The notes beneath the pieces are model-generated. The model saw only the letters and a list, made by a program, of their open reading frames with translations, ran no database searches and was not told the origin of the DNA. 64,000 nt of DNA. Origin: an uncultured Acidobacteriota bacterium (GTDB taxonomy: Bacteria > Acidobacteriota > Thermoanaerobaculia > Multivoradales > JBCCEF01). Below, piece by piece: positions 22,097 to 32,070 of the stretch (its first letter is position 1; each line of letters opens with the position of its first letter). A program made the translations under genes and the position numbers. Location of the stretch: the NCBI GenBank assembly GCA_963730155.1, contig CAVSQV010000003.1, positions 2,723,226 to 2,787,225 of the forward strand, in the 5' to 3' direction.

Positions 22097-23116
22097 ATGA
22101 TCCGCACCCTCCGCCCCGCCATTCTGACACTCTGCGCCGCCGCTCTGCTAGCTGCGCCGGCCGCCGCCCAGCAGCTCCACCCGCGCGCCGTGCTCCCCGA
22201 GCCGACCCACGACGCGGGCAAGGTGGCCAAGGGCGAGAGCATCGTCCACGACTTCCTGATCCGCAACGACGGCGAGGCGCCGCTCCAGATCACCGACGTG
22301 CGCCCGGCCTGCGGCTGCACGGTGGCCGACTTCGACCGCACCATCGCCCCGGGCGAGACGGGCAAGGTCCACGCCACGCTCGACAGCTCGACCTTCGACG
22401 GGCCGATCTCGAAGACGATCACGGTCTTGACCAACGACCCGGTCAACCCCAAGCTCCAGCTCGCGATCAAGGCCGAGGTCCAGCCCTACCTCTTCATCCA
22501 GCCCGGCTACGCGCGCTTCGTCCAGGCGCAGCAGAGCGAGCCCGGGAGCGTGGCGCAGATCCTCTTCACCACCACCTTCGACGACCTGAAGATCCTCGAG
22601 GTCGAGTCCCCCTACCCGTTCCTGAGCGTGACCTACCGCGAGGCCAAGAAGGAAGACGAGCCGCGGTCGCAGGGCGTCGGCCGCCAGTGGGTGGTCGACC
22701 TGACCCTCGACTACACCAAGGCGCCGGTCGGCACCCTGGCCGAGTACGTCACCATCCGCACCAACCACCCGAGCCAGGCGGTCCTGAAGCTCCCGGTCTC
22801 GGGCTTCGTGCGGCCGATGATCGCAGTCACCCCGACCGAGGCCGACTTCGGCGAGATCAAGCTCGAGGAGGAGCAGAAGGCCTCGATGCTGATCCGCAGC
22901 TTCGCCGCCGAGGAGGTCCAGGTCACCGCCGCCGAGACCGACGTCCCGGGAGTCCAGCTCTCGGTGGAGCCGGTCGAGGCCGGGCGCCGCTACAACCTCA
23001 ACGTGACCCTGTCGCCCGAGATGCCGAAGGGTCCGTTCGCGGGCACGATCACGATCAAGACCGACAGCAAGAAGACCCCGACGATCGAGGTGCCGCTCCG
23101 CGGGACTGCGATCTGA
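22097..23116 (+). CDS. DUF1573-domain secreted protein
   Basis: GAAGGAGA precedes ATG 22097. The signal peptide is MIRTLRPAILTLCAAALLAAPAAAQQ. The hallmark THDAGKV..GE...HDF.I.N.G.APL.I..V.PACGCT motif is present. Confidence 0.8.
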   Translation: MIRTLRPAILTLCAAALLAAPAAAQQLHPRAVLPEPTHDAGKVAKGESIVHDFLIRNDGEAPLQITDVRPACGCTVADFDRTIAPGETGKVHATLDSSTFDGPISKTITVLTNDPVNPKLQLAIKAEVQPYLFIQPGYARFVQAQQSEPGSVAQILFTTTFDDLKILEVESPYPFLSVTYREAKKEDEPRSQGVGRQWVVDLTLDYTKAPVGTLAEYVTIRTNHPSQAVLKLPVSGFVRPMIAVTPTEADFGEIKLEEEQKASMLIRSFAAEEVQVTAAETDVPGVQLSVEPVEAGRRYNLNVTLSPEMPKGPFAGTITIKTDSKKTPTIEVPLRGTAI

Positions 23117-23123
23117 CGATCGC

Positions 23124-24149
23124 TCAGACCAGCCAGGACGCGATGCGCTCGGCGGCGCGATAGGCGGACCAGCCGAGGAGGCCGACCAGGGCGGCGTCCG
23201 AAGGGTGATCGCGGCGGAAGGCGGCGATCGACTCGTCGCCGGCGCGGTGCGGGGCGAGCGCCGTCAGGACGGCGAGGCGCGCCGCCGACCGGCCGGCGGG
23301 CGTCAGGCCTTCGACGATCGCATCCAGCCAATCGTTCCCGAGCGGCGGCGGCTCGCCGTCCCAGGCGGCGATCGCCGCCTCCGCCCGTTCCCGCGCCGGC
23401 GCGGGCAGGGTCGCCACCACCGCGTCGTCGACCGCCGCGCCGAGCGCCGCGAACGCCGCCGCCACCGCCGGGTTGCCGGCCGCCCAGGCCGGCCCGCTCC
23501 GCGGCTCGATCCCGGGCGGAAGCAGCGCCAGCGCCGCCCCCGGCTCATGCGGCCCGCGGGCACTCCCCGCGAGGCGGGCGCCCACCAGCGCCAGGAGCGG
23601 CCGCCGCAGCCAGCGGTTGCGCACCGGCAGCAGGTGCTCGGGGAGGAGCACCGTCACCACCCGGTTGATGTAGTGGAAGGCGATCGCCGCGCCGATTCCC
23701 TGCGCCAGCTCCTCCGGTGCGAACGGCGGCGGTCCGGCGCGCTCCGACCGGCCTAGCCGGCCCGAGGCCGCCGCCCACTCCACCTTCTCCCGCAGACCGG
23801 GATCGAGCCCCCGCCCGCCGGCTGCGAGCGCCCGCTCGACCGCCCCGGCGCCGGCCGCGTGAAGGCCGACCGCGTGGGCGTCGACGCAGTAGGGGCAGCG
23901 GTTGGCCTCGGAGACCGCGACCGCCATCGCCTCCTTGACCGCGCGCGGCAGGCCGGCCTCGACCACCATCGTCTCGCGGAAGGTCGCCCACGCCGCCGCC
24001 AGGAGCGGCGGCACCGCGGTGTGGAGCAGCAGGGGCGGCGGCAGGAGGCCGAGGTCGCCCTCGATCTGCGCCCACACCGGCGCCGCCTCGGGCGGCGGCG
24101 GCACCGGCAGCGGCCGGAGGCGGGGGCCGAGGCCGATCGTGCGCGCCAT
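23124..24149 (-). CDS. carboxymuconolactone decarboxylase / AhpD-like family protein
   Basis: AVKEAMAVAVSEANRCPYCVDAHAVGL is the AhpD-fold CxxC-type motif. The protein is 341 aa. Confidence 0.7.
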   Translation of the reverse strand: MARTIGLGPRLRPLPVPPPPEAAPVWAQIEGDLGLLPPPLLLHTAVPPLLAAAWATFRETMVVEAGLPRAVKEAMAVAVSEANRCPYCVDAHAVGLHAAGAGAVERALAAGGRGLDPGLREKVEWAAASGRLGRSERAGPPPFAPEELAQGIGAAIAFHYINRVVTVLLPEHLLPVRNRWLRRPLLALVGARLAGSARGPHEPGAALALLPPGIEPRSGPAWAAGNPAVAAAFAALGAAVDDAVVATLPAPARERAEAAIAAWDGEPPPLGNDWLDAIVEGLTPAGRSAARLAVLTALAPHRAGDESIAAFRRDHPSDAALVGLLGWSAYRAAERIASWLV

Positions 24150-24215
24150 CGGCGGGGAGGCCCTACACGGGACGGAGGGATCGGGATCGGCCCAAGGCGC
24201 CGCGGCCGCAACGCC

Positions 24216-25037
24216 TCAAGGCGCCCCCCAGAGGTCGCGCTCGTTCTTGGCCGGCGCCGGCCGGCGGTTCGACTTGGCGAGCACCGCGTCGACCTCGGCG
24301 CGGGTGGCGGCGAAGGTAAGGGTCTGGATCGCGGTCAGCTCGGCGATCCCGGCGAGCGCCAGGTCGACCAGCGCGTCCAGCTCGTCGCGCCGGAAGGTGC
24401 GCGACTCGCCGGTGCCCTGGATCTCGACGATCTCGCCGGCGGCGCTCGCCACCAGGTTGAGGTCGACCTCGGCGGCGGCGTCCTCGGTGTAGTCGAGGTC
24501 GAGCAGCGGCCGGCCGTCGACCAGCCCCACCGACACCGCCGCCACCTGCCCGACCAACGGCCAGGCCGCGATGTCGCCGGTCAGGAGCATGCGGGCGAAC
24601 GCCTCGGCGAGCGCCACCCAGGCGCCGGTGATCGCCGCCGTGCGCGTGCCGCCGTCGGCCTGGATCACGTCGCAGTCGATCGTCACCGTCCGGTCGGGGA
24701 AGCGGCTGCGGTCGATCGCCGCCCGCAGGCTCCGCCCGATCAACCGCTGGATCTCCGCCGAGCGCCCCGACTGCCGGCCCGCCTTCGACTCGCGCTGATT
24801 GCGGGTGTTGGTCGCCCGCGGCAGCATCGCGTACTCCGCGGTCACCCACCCCTCCCCCTTGTCGCGCAGGAACGGCGGCACCCGGTTCTCGACGCTGGCG
24901 GTCACCAGCACCCGGGTGTCCCCGGCCTCGACCAGCGCCGACCCCTCGGCGTGCTTCATGGTGCCGGTGGTGATCTTCACCGGGCGCAGGGCGTCGGCGG
25001 CGCGGCCGTGGGCGCGGGTGGGGGGGGCGGCGGTCAT
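24216..25037 (-). CDS. rph: ribonuclease PH (with ~30 aa C-terminal tail)
   Basis: [33 protein letters not shown]...[21 protein letters not shown]...[16 protein letters not shown]...[23 protein letters not shown] is the canonical RNase PH sequence. Confidence 0.95.
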   Translation of the reverse strand: MTAAPPTRAHGRAADALRPVKITTGTMKHAEGSALVEAGDTRVLVTASVENRVPPFLRDKGEGWVTAEYAMLPRATNTRNQRESKAGRQSGRSAEIQRLIGRSLRAAIDRSRFPDRTVTIDCDVIQADGGTRTAAITGAWVALAEAFARMLLTGDIAAWPLVGQVAAVSVGLVDGRPLLDLDYTEDAAAEVDLNLVASAAGEIVEIQGTGESRTFRRDELDALVDLALAGIAELTAIQTLTFAATRAEVDAVLAKSNRRPAPAKNERDLWGAP

Positions 25038-25060
25038 CGCTCGATCATACCCGCCCGCCC

Positions 25061-25861
25061 TCACCCCACGTCGACCCACTCGAGCGGCTTCGTCTCCTCG
25101 CCCAGGATGCGGGCGGCGAACTCGCCGAAGCCGGCGCCGGCGTCGGTGACGCAGAGGTGGAGGTCGGGGGGCGCGGCCGTCTCGCCGTTCGGGGGGACAG
25201 TGAGACCGCGCTCGGCGAGGCCGGCGGCGACCTCGTCGGCGACGCTCTCGGCGGAGTCGACCAGGGTGACGTCCGGGCCGGCCACCCGCGCCAGCACCGG
25301 CGCCAGGAGCGGGTAGTGGGTGCAGCCGAGGACCAGGGTGTCGATGCCGGCGGCAAGGAGCGGCTCGAGGTAGCGGCGCGCCACCTCTTCGGCGATCGGG
25401 TCCTCGTGCCACCCCTCCTCGACCAGCGGCACGAAGAGCGGGCAGGCGAGGGAGAGCACCTCGAGGTCGGGGCGCAGCTCGGCGAGCGCCCGGCGGTAGG
25501 CGTCCGAGCGCACGGTCGCGGCGGTGGCGATCACCCCGACGCGGCGTTTCGCCGCCGCCGCCGCGCGCCGCGCGCCGGGGCCGATCACCCCCCAGGTCGG
25601 AAGATCGGTGTCGAGCCGCGGCAGCGCCAGCGCCGAGGCGGTGTTGCACGCCACCACCATCGCCTTGACGCCGCGCGAGCGCAGGAAGGCGAGGTTGCGC
25701 CGGGTGTAGCCGAGCACGGTCTCGGGCGACTTGGTGCCGTAGGGGAGGCGGGCGGTGTCGCCGAGGTAGACGATCGACTCGCGCGGCAGCCGGCGGCGCA
25801 GGGCCGCCACCACGGTGAGGCCGCCGATCCCGGAATCGAAGACCCCGATCGGGCCGCTCAC
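25061..25861 (-). CDS. murI: glutamate racemase
   Basis: [13 protein letters not shown]...[11 protein letters not shown]...VVACNTAS...[11 protein letters not shown] contains both catalytic Cys motifs. The GTG at 25861 overlaps the upstream stop (GTGA). Confidence 0.93.
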   Translation of the reverse strand: MSGPIGVFDSGIGGLTVVAALRRRLPRESIVYLGDTARLPYGTKSPETVLGYTRRNLAFLRSRGVKAMVVACNTASALALPRLDTDLPTWGVIGPGARRAAAAAKRRVGVIATAATVRSDAYRRALAELRPDLEVLSLACPLFVPLVEEGWHEDPIAEEVARRYLEPLLAAGIDTLVLGCTHYPLLAPVLARVAGPDVTLVDSAESVADEVAAGLAERGLTVPPNGETAAPPDLHLCVTDAGAGFGEFAARILGEETKPLEWVDVG

Positions 25862-26442
25862 CGCACCACCAGCCCCGGGTCCGGCGCCAGCGGATGGGCG
25901 GTGTCGAGGTGGCCGGAGAAGCTCTCGCGCTGGCGGCCGTTCCAGAGCAGCGCCACGCGGCGCGCCGCGGTGACGTTCAAGGCGACGGAGTTGACCAGGC
26001 TGTAGACGGTGACGATCTCCTGGCGCGAGCCGCTCGCCGGCGGCGGCGCGGCGTCCGGGGTGCGCAGGTCGACGATCAGCACGCCGTCGCGGCCGAGGAG
26101 CACGGTGCCGACCTCGACCGGGCCGTAACCCTCGGGGAAGACCGGCAGGAGCGCGGCGGCCTCGGGGCCGGCGAGGAGCGCCTCGAGCACCGCCCGCACC
26201 TGCGGCTCGGTGCCGTCGGGCGACGGCAGGGTCCGGCGCTCGGGGTGGAGGCGGCCGTCCGCGCCCGGGAAGTAGAGGTCGACCGAGAAGCTCCGCCCGC
26301 CGGCGGCCGCCGGCGCGCCGCCCGCCGGGCCGTCCTCCGCTGGACCCTGGGCGCCGCCGCCGCAGGCCGCGGCCGCGGCGGCCAGGAGCGCCGCCGCGAG
26401 CGCCCCGGCGACCCGCGGCCGCCGGGGTCTCGGGCCGCTCAC
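25858..26442 (-). CDS. GerMN-domain lipoprotein
   Basis: The lipobox is [11 protein letters not shown]. GerMN-like features are [20 protein letters not shown]...[12 protein letters not shown]...IVDL...VYSLVNSVA. Confidence 0.75.
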   Translation of the reverse strand: MSGPRPRRPRVAGALAAALLAAAAAACGGGAQGPAEDGPAGGAPAAAGGRSFSVDLYFPGADGRLHPERRTLPSPDGTEPQVRAVLEALLAGPEAAALLPVFPEGYGPVEVGTVLLGRDGVLIVDLRTPDAAPPPASGSRQEIVTVYSLVNSVALNVTAARRVALLWNGRQRESFSGHLDTAHPLAPDPGLVVR

Positions 26443-28316
26443 CGCCCGCTCTCCCGGGCGCCGGCGGCCGGAGCCGGCTCCGGCCCCGCTTCCGGGCCCG
26501 CTGCCGGGCCCACCGCCTGGCGCTCCTCGACCGCGTCCTCCTCGGGGAGCCCCTCGAGCTGGGCGCGGAAGCGCTCCACCGCGCGCGCCACGGCGTCGAC
26601 CAGCTCGGCACGGTAGCCGGCGTCGAGCAGGCGCGACTCCTCGTCGGGGTTGCTGATGAAGCCCAGCTCGACCAGCACCGCCGGCATCGCCGCCCCCATC
26701 AGCACCCGGAACGGCGCCTGCTTGACGCCGCGGTCGCGCAGCCCGAGGGCGCCGTTGAGCTCCTCCTGGATCAGCGCCGCCAGCCGCTGGCTGTCGGCCA
26801 GGTGCTGGCTCTGGGCGAGGTCCCAGAGGATGAGCTGGAGGTCGTAGAGCGGGTCGCCCTCGGCGGCGAGGTCGAGGGCGGAGTCGGGATCCGCGGCGGC
26901 GGCATCCGCGGCGCCGGCCGCCTCATTGCCACCGGCGGCTTCGCCGCCGGCAGCGATTCCGTCCGCCGGGACGGCGTCCCGGCGAACAGAATTCTCGATC
27001 TCCGCCGCGCGCGCCGCCCGGGCGTCGCTCGCCTGGAGGCTCAGGAAGTAGGTCTCGGCGCCGCGGGCGTCGCGGCCGCGCTCGGAGTTCAGGTGGAGCG
27101 AGATGAAGAGATCGGCCTTGTTCTGGTTGGCGATCGCGGTGCGGGTGTCGTGCGGCAGGTCGGCGTCCTCGTTGCGGGTCAGGATCACGCGCACCGGCAG
27201 CCGCCGCTCGAGCCGCGACTTGAGCGCCCGCGCGAGGAGCAGGCTGATCTCCTTCTCCGCCGTGCCGCTGGGGCCGACGGCGCCGGTCTCGCTGCCGCCG
27301 TGGCCAGGGTCGAGGACGATGGTGTGGATGCCCGGCAGATCGCGCGGCGGCTGGCTCTCGGGCACGAGGTCGGGGAGCGCCGGCGCCGCGGCGTCCTCGC
27401 GGTGGACGTCGAAGACCAGCCGGAACGGGCTCTCGAGCTGGTAGCTCGTGTAGCCGGCGCCGGCGGCGAGGTCGATCTCGATCCGGTCGCCCAGGAGGCG
27501 CACGTCGCGCACCAGCGGGTCCTCTTCGCGCGGGCGTTGGCCGCCGGGCGCCAGGCGGTCGCCGAGGAGGCGCACCGCGACCCCCCGGGGCGTCGCCTCG
27601 ACCCGGTAGCGCGGCGGGTCGTCGAACTGCAGCACCACCGTCGAGAGCCCCTGGAGGTGGACGAGGTCGACCGCGACCGCCAGCTCGCGCGCGGTGCGGC
27701 GGTCGATCGACAGCCGCCCGACCGCCGGGTCCCAGGCGAAGCGGTAGCCGAGCAGCTCGCCGTAGGTGGCGCGCAGGAAGTCGAGCGGCACCTGGATCTC
27801 GGCGCCGGCGGCGACCGGCGGCGTCGCCAGCCGCACCGGCTCGCCGTCGACCAGCGCCACCGTGTTCTCGGGGCCGAAGAGCACCCGATGGCCGTCGAGC
27901 ACGAGCTGCCGCGCGGCGCCCGCCGGGCCGATCGTCAGCTCGCCGCCGAGCTGGGCCACCAGCGGCTCGAGCGCGAAGAGCGGGCCGTCCGGGGTCACCG
28001 TCGCGGCCACCGCCATGCGCGTCCCCGGCGCCGCCGCCGGCCGCTCGCCGGCGCCGAACGGCACCTGCTCGCCCGGCTCCGCCGGCGCCTCCCCGGCCGC
28101 CTCCGCCGCCGCCCGCGACAGCGCGTCGAGCGGGTCGCTCGCCGGTGCGCCGAGCGGATCGCCCTCCGCCGGCGGCGGGTTCTGCTGCGAGGGGCGAGGG
28201 CGGGCCTCCTGCGCGCGCACGGGAAGCGCCGGAGCGGCAGCGGCGAGGGCGGCGAGCGCGAGGGCGGCGAGGAGCGGGGGGAGGGGGCCTCGGCGGCGCG
28301 GGGAAGGCCGGTTCAC
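26439..28316 (-). CDS. N-acetylmuramoyl-L-alanine amidase (AMIN domains + Amidase_3)
   Basis: The catalytic region reads IVLDPGHGGSETGAVGPSGTAEKEISL...KADLFISLHLNS...PAVLVELGFISNPDEE. Upstream AMIN-like segments are present (VVLQFDDPPRYRV, FRLVFDV). A GTG start at 28316 is inferred from the signal peptide ([25 protein letters not shown]); the listed ORF runs to 28484. Confidence 0.85.
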   Translation of the reverse strand: MNRPSPRRRGPLPPLLAALALAALAAAAPALPVRAQEARPRPSQQNPPPAEGDPLGAPASDPLDALSRAAAEAAGEAPAEPGEQVPFGAGERPAAAPGTRMAVAATVTPDGPLFALEPLVAQLGGELTIGPAGAARQLVLDGHRVLFGPENTVALVDGEPVRLATPPVAAGAEIQVPLDFLRATYGELLGYRFAWDPAVGRLSIDRRTARELAVAVDLVHLQGLSTVVLQFDDPPRYRVEATPRGVAVRLLGDRLAPGGQRPREEDPLVRDVRLLGDRIEIDLAAGAGYTSYQLESPFRLVFDVHREDAAAPALPDLVPESQPPRDLPGIHTIVLDPGHGGSETGAVGPSGTAEKEISLLLARALKSRLERRLPVRVILTRNEDADLPHDTRTAIANQNKADLFISLHLNSERGRDARGAETYFLSLQASDARAARAAEIENSVRRDAVPADGIAAGGEAAGGNEAAGAADAAAADPDSALDLAAEGDPLYDLQLILWDLAQSQHLADSQRLAALIQEELNGALGLRDRGVKQAPFRVLMGAAMPAVLVELGFISNPDEESRLLDAGYRAELVDAVARAVERFRAQLEGLPEEDAVEERQAVGPAAGPEAGPEPAPAAGARESGR

Positions 28317-28476
28317 GATCGGGGAGGATAGCACCCGCTCCGGGCCGACCTTCCCGCGGGCGCCCGCGCACTCCGGCGCGCCTGGCGCCGTCGCGGCGAA
28401 GTATGGTAGAGCTTGCAGGCTACCCGCGCCCGCGGTTCGCGCAGCAAGATCTTCACAGGGTCGGAGGAGGCGGTCG

Positions 28477-28875
28477 ATGGACATTCAGGAGCTGAGGGTG
28501 GTGGTGCGCGCCAAGCGCTTCGAGCGCACCCGCAGGTTCTACGGCGAGACGCTGGCGTTCCCGGAGATCGGCACCTGGCAGGAGGGGGAGCGGCGCGGCG
28601 TGCGGTTCCAGGCCGGCCCGGCCGTGGTCGAGGTGATCGGCCGCGCCGCGGAGGAGCCGCTCGGCTGGGACGAGGAGTTCGACTACGTGGGGCCGAAGCA
28701 CAAGCTGACCCTGACCCTGGTCGTGCCGTCGGCCGAGAAGGCCTACGAGACGCTTCACTTCCGCGACAAGAACGTCCCCGGCGGCCTGCGCCGGGACGAG
28801 CAGGGGGGCGGCGGCCTGGTGTTCGAGACCCACGACCCGGACGGGGTCAAGATCCTCTTCCGCGAGGCCGGGTGA
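28477..28875 (+). CDS. VOC (glyoxalase/bleomycin-resistance fold) family protein
   Basis: GGAGGAGG lies upstream of ATG 28477. The 132-aa protein has FYGETLAFPE...VEV...ETHDPDGVKILF, typical of paired beta-alpha-beta-beta-beta modules. Confidence 0.7.
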   Translation: MDIQELRVVVRAKRFERTRRFYGETLAFPEIGTWQEGERRGVRFQAGPAVVEVIGRAAEEPLGWDEEFDYVGPKHKLTLTLVVPSAEKAYETLHFRDKNVPGGLRRDEQGGGGLVFETHDPDGVKILFREAG

Positions 28876-31796
28876 CCCGGCCGGCTGGCCGCCGTGCGGG
28901 CGGCGGCCGGATCGCCCGCGGCGGCCGGATCGCCGCGGCCCTCCTCGCCCTGGCGCCCGCGCTCTGCGCCGGCGCCGCGCCCGCTGGAGAGACGGCCGAC
29001 CCCGACCGGCCCGCGGCGCTCCCCGATCCGCGCTGGACGGTCGACGACGTCATCGGCCAGAAGCGCGCCCGCGAATGGACGCTGTCCCGCGACGGCCGCT
29101 TCGCGGCGTGGGTCGAGATCGGCGTCGAGCGCGAGGAGGGCGAGCAGAAGCCCGCCGCGAACCTCCAGCTCTGCCGGCTCGACGCCCCCCCGGCCGGCGA
29201 GGGCGACAAACCTTGCCGCCCCCTCACCCGCGGCCCGGGAAGGCGAACCGCGCCGGCGTTCTCGCCCGACGCCGCCCACCTCGCCTACCGCTCGTCCGAG
29301 AAGCCGCCCTCCGCCGGCGGCAAGGGCGGCGAGGAGCCCAAGCCCGGCCAGGTCTGGGTGCTGCCGCTCGGCGGCGGCGCGCCCTGGCCGGCGACCCGCT
29401 TCGACCGCCCGGTGGCGGCCTTCGACTGGATCGACGCCCGCACCCTGGCGGTGCTCGCCGCCGAGTCGCCGGCCGCCTGGGAGCGCGAGCGCGAGGAGGC
29501 CCACGACACCGCGGTGGTGGTCGACGACGAGGAGCGCGAGCCGCCGGTGCGGCTCTACCGCGTGACCCTCGACGGCGAGGTCACCCGGCTGACCGACAAC
29601 CGCCGCTGGCTCGACGGCCTGGCGGTCTCCCCTGACGGCCGCTGGGCCGCGGTCGCCGAGCGCGAGAGCCTGTCGTTCGAGTTCGACTCGCGGGTGCCGC
29701 CGCGGCTCTACCTGGTCGAGCTCGCGACCGGCGCGCGCACGCTCCTCCTCGAAGGCGAGCGGCTCCTCCCCTACGGCGTCCAGTGGTCGCCCGACTCGTC
29801 CGGCTTCTACTTCGTCGACGACCGCTCGAACCACCCGACCTACCGGATGGCGGCGGTCCCCGAGCTCTGGTTCTTCGACCTCGGCAAGCGCGCCGCCGAG
29901 AAGCTCCCGCTCGACGCGCGCGGCCTGGGCGGCGACTACGCCCCGGCTCCCGGAGGCGTGATCGCGCTCGAGGCCGCCGGCGTCAAACGCACCGCGGTGC
30001 GGATCGCGCGCGAAGGCGACGCCTGGACCCGGCGCCCGATCGCCGGCGAGCACGCCGGGGAGATCCACGGCTGGGAGCTGGCCGCCGCCGGCGGCACGCT
30101 GGTCTACGAGCGCTCGACCGCCGCCCTGCCGCCGCAGTGGTACGCGGCCCGGCTCGAGGGGGACGCGATCGCCGCCCCGCGCCAGCTCACCCGGCTCAAC
30201 CCGTCGTGGCGCGGCAAGCCGACCGGGCGGGTCGAAACGGTGCGCTGGACCGGCGCGCTCGGCGAGGAGGTCGAGGGGCTGCTCTATTACCCGCTCGACT
30301 GGCCGGCCGCATCGTCTGCCGGAGTGCCGTCCGCCGGAGCGCCGGGCGCCGGCGCCGAGCCGCCCGGCCCCCGCCCGCTGATCCTCAACATCCACGGCGG
30401 CCCGGCCGGCGCCGACCTCGACGAGTGGAGCCTGACCTGGGGCGAGCCGCTCGCGCTCTGGCGCCAGCGCGGCGCCTTCGTGCTCCAGGCCAACTACCAC
30501 GGCAGCTCCTCCTACGGCCTCGACTGGGTGACCTCGATCGAGAAGCGCTACTACGAGCTGGAGGTCCCCGACCTCGAGGCCGGGGTCGACGCCATGATCG
30601 CCCGCGGCCTCGCCGACCCCGCGCGGCTGGCCGCGGTCGGCTGGTCGAACGGCGGCATCCTGGCCGCGGCGCTCGTCACCGGCAGCCGGCGCTACCGCGT
30701 CGCCTCGATCGGCGCCGCCGACGTCGAGTGGATCAGCGACTGGGCCAACGTCGACTTCGGCGCCTCGTTCGACAACTACTACTTCGGCGGCCCGCCCTGG
30801 GAGGTCCCCGAGGTCTATCTGGACAAGTCGCCGTTCTTCAAGCTCCACGAGGTCACCACTCCGACCATCGCCTTCACCGGCACCGAGGACCGCAACGTGC
30901 CGGCGCACCAGTCGTGGTCGCTCTTCCGGGTGATGCAGCAGGTGGGCAAGGCGCCGGTCCGGCTGGTGCTCTTCCCCGGCGAGCCGCACAGCCTCCAGAA
31001 GCCGGCGCACCAGCGGCGGAAGATCGAGGAGGAGCTGGCCTGGCTCGAGCGCTGGCTGTGGGGCGAGGGCGAAGCGGCCGGCGGAGTCCGCGCCGAGAGC
31101 GGACTGCCCGAGGCGGTGGCCGAAGGCTCGCCGCTGGCGGCGCTCCTGACCCGCGCCCGGGCGGCGCGCGCGGGCGGCGTGCTCGGAGTCCTCGCGGGCG
31201 GCGGCGGAGCCGGCGGCGTGCTCGTCCCCGAGACCGTCCCCTTCCGCGGCCTCGCGGTCGGCCGCTTCGAGGTCACCCGCGCCCAGTGGGCGGCCTTCGA
31301 CCCGACCGCCGCGCCGGCCCCCGGCGAGGCCGACCTGCCGGCGGCCGGCGTCCCCTTCGAGCGCGCCCGCGACTACGCCGCCTGGCTCGCCGAGACCACC
31401 GGCCGGCCGTTCCGCCTCCCCACCGAGGCCGAGGCCGAAGCGCTCGCCGAGGCCGGCGCCGAAGGCAAGGGGGGCGGCAACACCCTCGAGCACTGGCTCG
31501 GCGCCGCCCCCAACCCCGAGGACCGAGCCGCCGTCGCCGCCGCAATCGCCGCCGCCGCGGCCGCCGTCGGCCGCCCGGCGCCGCTGCTCTTGCCCGTGGG
31601 GAGCCTCCCCGGCGCCGGCGAAGACCCGCTGTTCGACCTCGACGGCAACGCCGCCGAGTGGGCGGTGGGCAAGGACGGCCAGGGCGTCCCGGTCGGCCCG
31701 AGCGCCGACCGCGCGGACGACCCCCGAGGCAAGCCGGCGGCGGGCGAGCTGAAGCCCGATCCGGCCTACATCGGGCTGCGGGTGGTCGAGGGCTGA
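28872..31796 (+). CDS. S9-family serine peptidase (beta-propeller + alpha/beta hydrolase) fused to a C-terminal FGE/SUMF1-like domain
   Basis: The GTG at 28872 overlaps the VOC stop. WD40-like and DPP-IV-like repeats are present (SRDGRFAAWVE, FSPDAAHLAY, VSPDGRWAAV, WSPDSSGFYF). The catalytic nucleophile motif is GWSNGG, and later GTEDRNVP...H follows. The last ~190 aa read GRFEVTRAQWAAF...VPFERARDYAAWLAETTGRPFRLPTEAEAE...LFDLDGNAAEWAV...YIGLRVV. Confidence 0.85.
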   Translation: MTRPAGRRAGGGRIARGGRIAAALLALAPALCAGAAPAGETADPDRPAALPDPRWTVDDVIGQKRAREWTLSRDGRFAAWVEIGVEREEGEQKPAANLQLCRLDAPPAGEGDKPCRPLTRGPGRRTAPAFSPDAAHLAYRSSEKPPSAGGKGGEEPKPGQVWVLPLGGGAPWPATRFDRPVAAFDWIDARTLAVLAAESPAAWEREREEAHDTAVVVDDEEREPPVRLYRVTLDGEVTRLTDNRRWLDGLAVSPDGRWAAVAERESLSFEFDSRVPPRLYLVELATGARTLLLEGERLLPYGVQWSPDSSGFYFVDDRSNHPTYRMAAVPELWFFDLGKRAAEKLPLDARGLGGDYAPAPGGVIALEAAGVKRTAVRIAREGDAWTRRPIAGEHAGEIHGWELAAAGGTLVYERSTAALPPQWYAARLEGDAIAAPRQLTRLNPSWRGKPTGRVETVRWTGALGEEVEGLLYYPLDWPAASSAGVPSAGAPGAGAEPPGPRPLILNIHGGPAGADLDEWSLTWGEPLALWRQRGAFVLQANYHGSSSYGLDWVTSIEKRYYELEVPDLEAGVDAMIARGLADPARLAAVGWSNGGILAAALVTGSRRYRVASIGAADVEWISDWANVDFGASFDNYYFGGPPWEVPEVYLDKSPFFKLHEVTTPTIAFTGTEDRNVPAHQSWSLFRVMQQVGKAPVRLVLFPGEPHSLQKPAHQRRKIEEELAWLERWLWGEGEAAGGVRAESGLPEAVAEGSPLAALLTRARAARAGGVLGVLAGGGGAGGVLVPETVPFRGLAVGRFEVTRAQWAAFDPTAAPAPGEADLPAAGVPFERARDYAAWLAETTGRPFRLPTEAEAEALAEAGAEGKGGGNTLEHWLGAAPNPEDRAAVAAAIAAAAAAVGRPAPLLLPVGSLPGAGEDPLFDLDGNAAEWAVGKDGQGVPVGPSADRADDPRGKPAAGELKPDPAYIGLRVVEG

Positions 31797-31841
31797 GCCG
31801 GCCGCCGCGGCACCAGGGAGCGAGTCGCCGAAGGAGGCCGA

Positions 31842-32054
31842 ATGGCCACGGTCCCCGGTTTCGAGCGGATCACCATCGAGCCCGGCAAGATGGGCGGTAA
31901 GCCCTGCATCCGCGGCCTACGACTGACGGTCGAGCAAGTGCTCCGGATCCTCGCCACCTACGACTCACGCGACGAGATCCGCCGCGAGTTCCCGGAGCTC
32001 GAGGACGAGGACATCCGTGAGGCCCAGGACTTCGCCGCGCGCCCGGCGGGATGA
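31842..32054 (+). CDS. DUF433-domain protein (antitoxin-like), orphan
   Basis: AAGGAGG lies upstream. ITIEPGKMGGKPCIRGLRLTVEQVLRILA is the DUF433 core. The stop overlaps an ATG (ATGA) that opens only a 5-codon ORF (MRILL-stop). Confidence 0.75.
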   Translation: MATVPGFERITIEPGKMGGKPCIRGLRLTVEQVLRILATYDSRDEIRREFPELEDEDIREAQDFAARPAG

Positions 32055-32070
32055 GGATCCTGCTCTAAGT

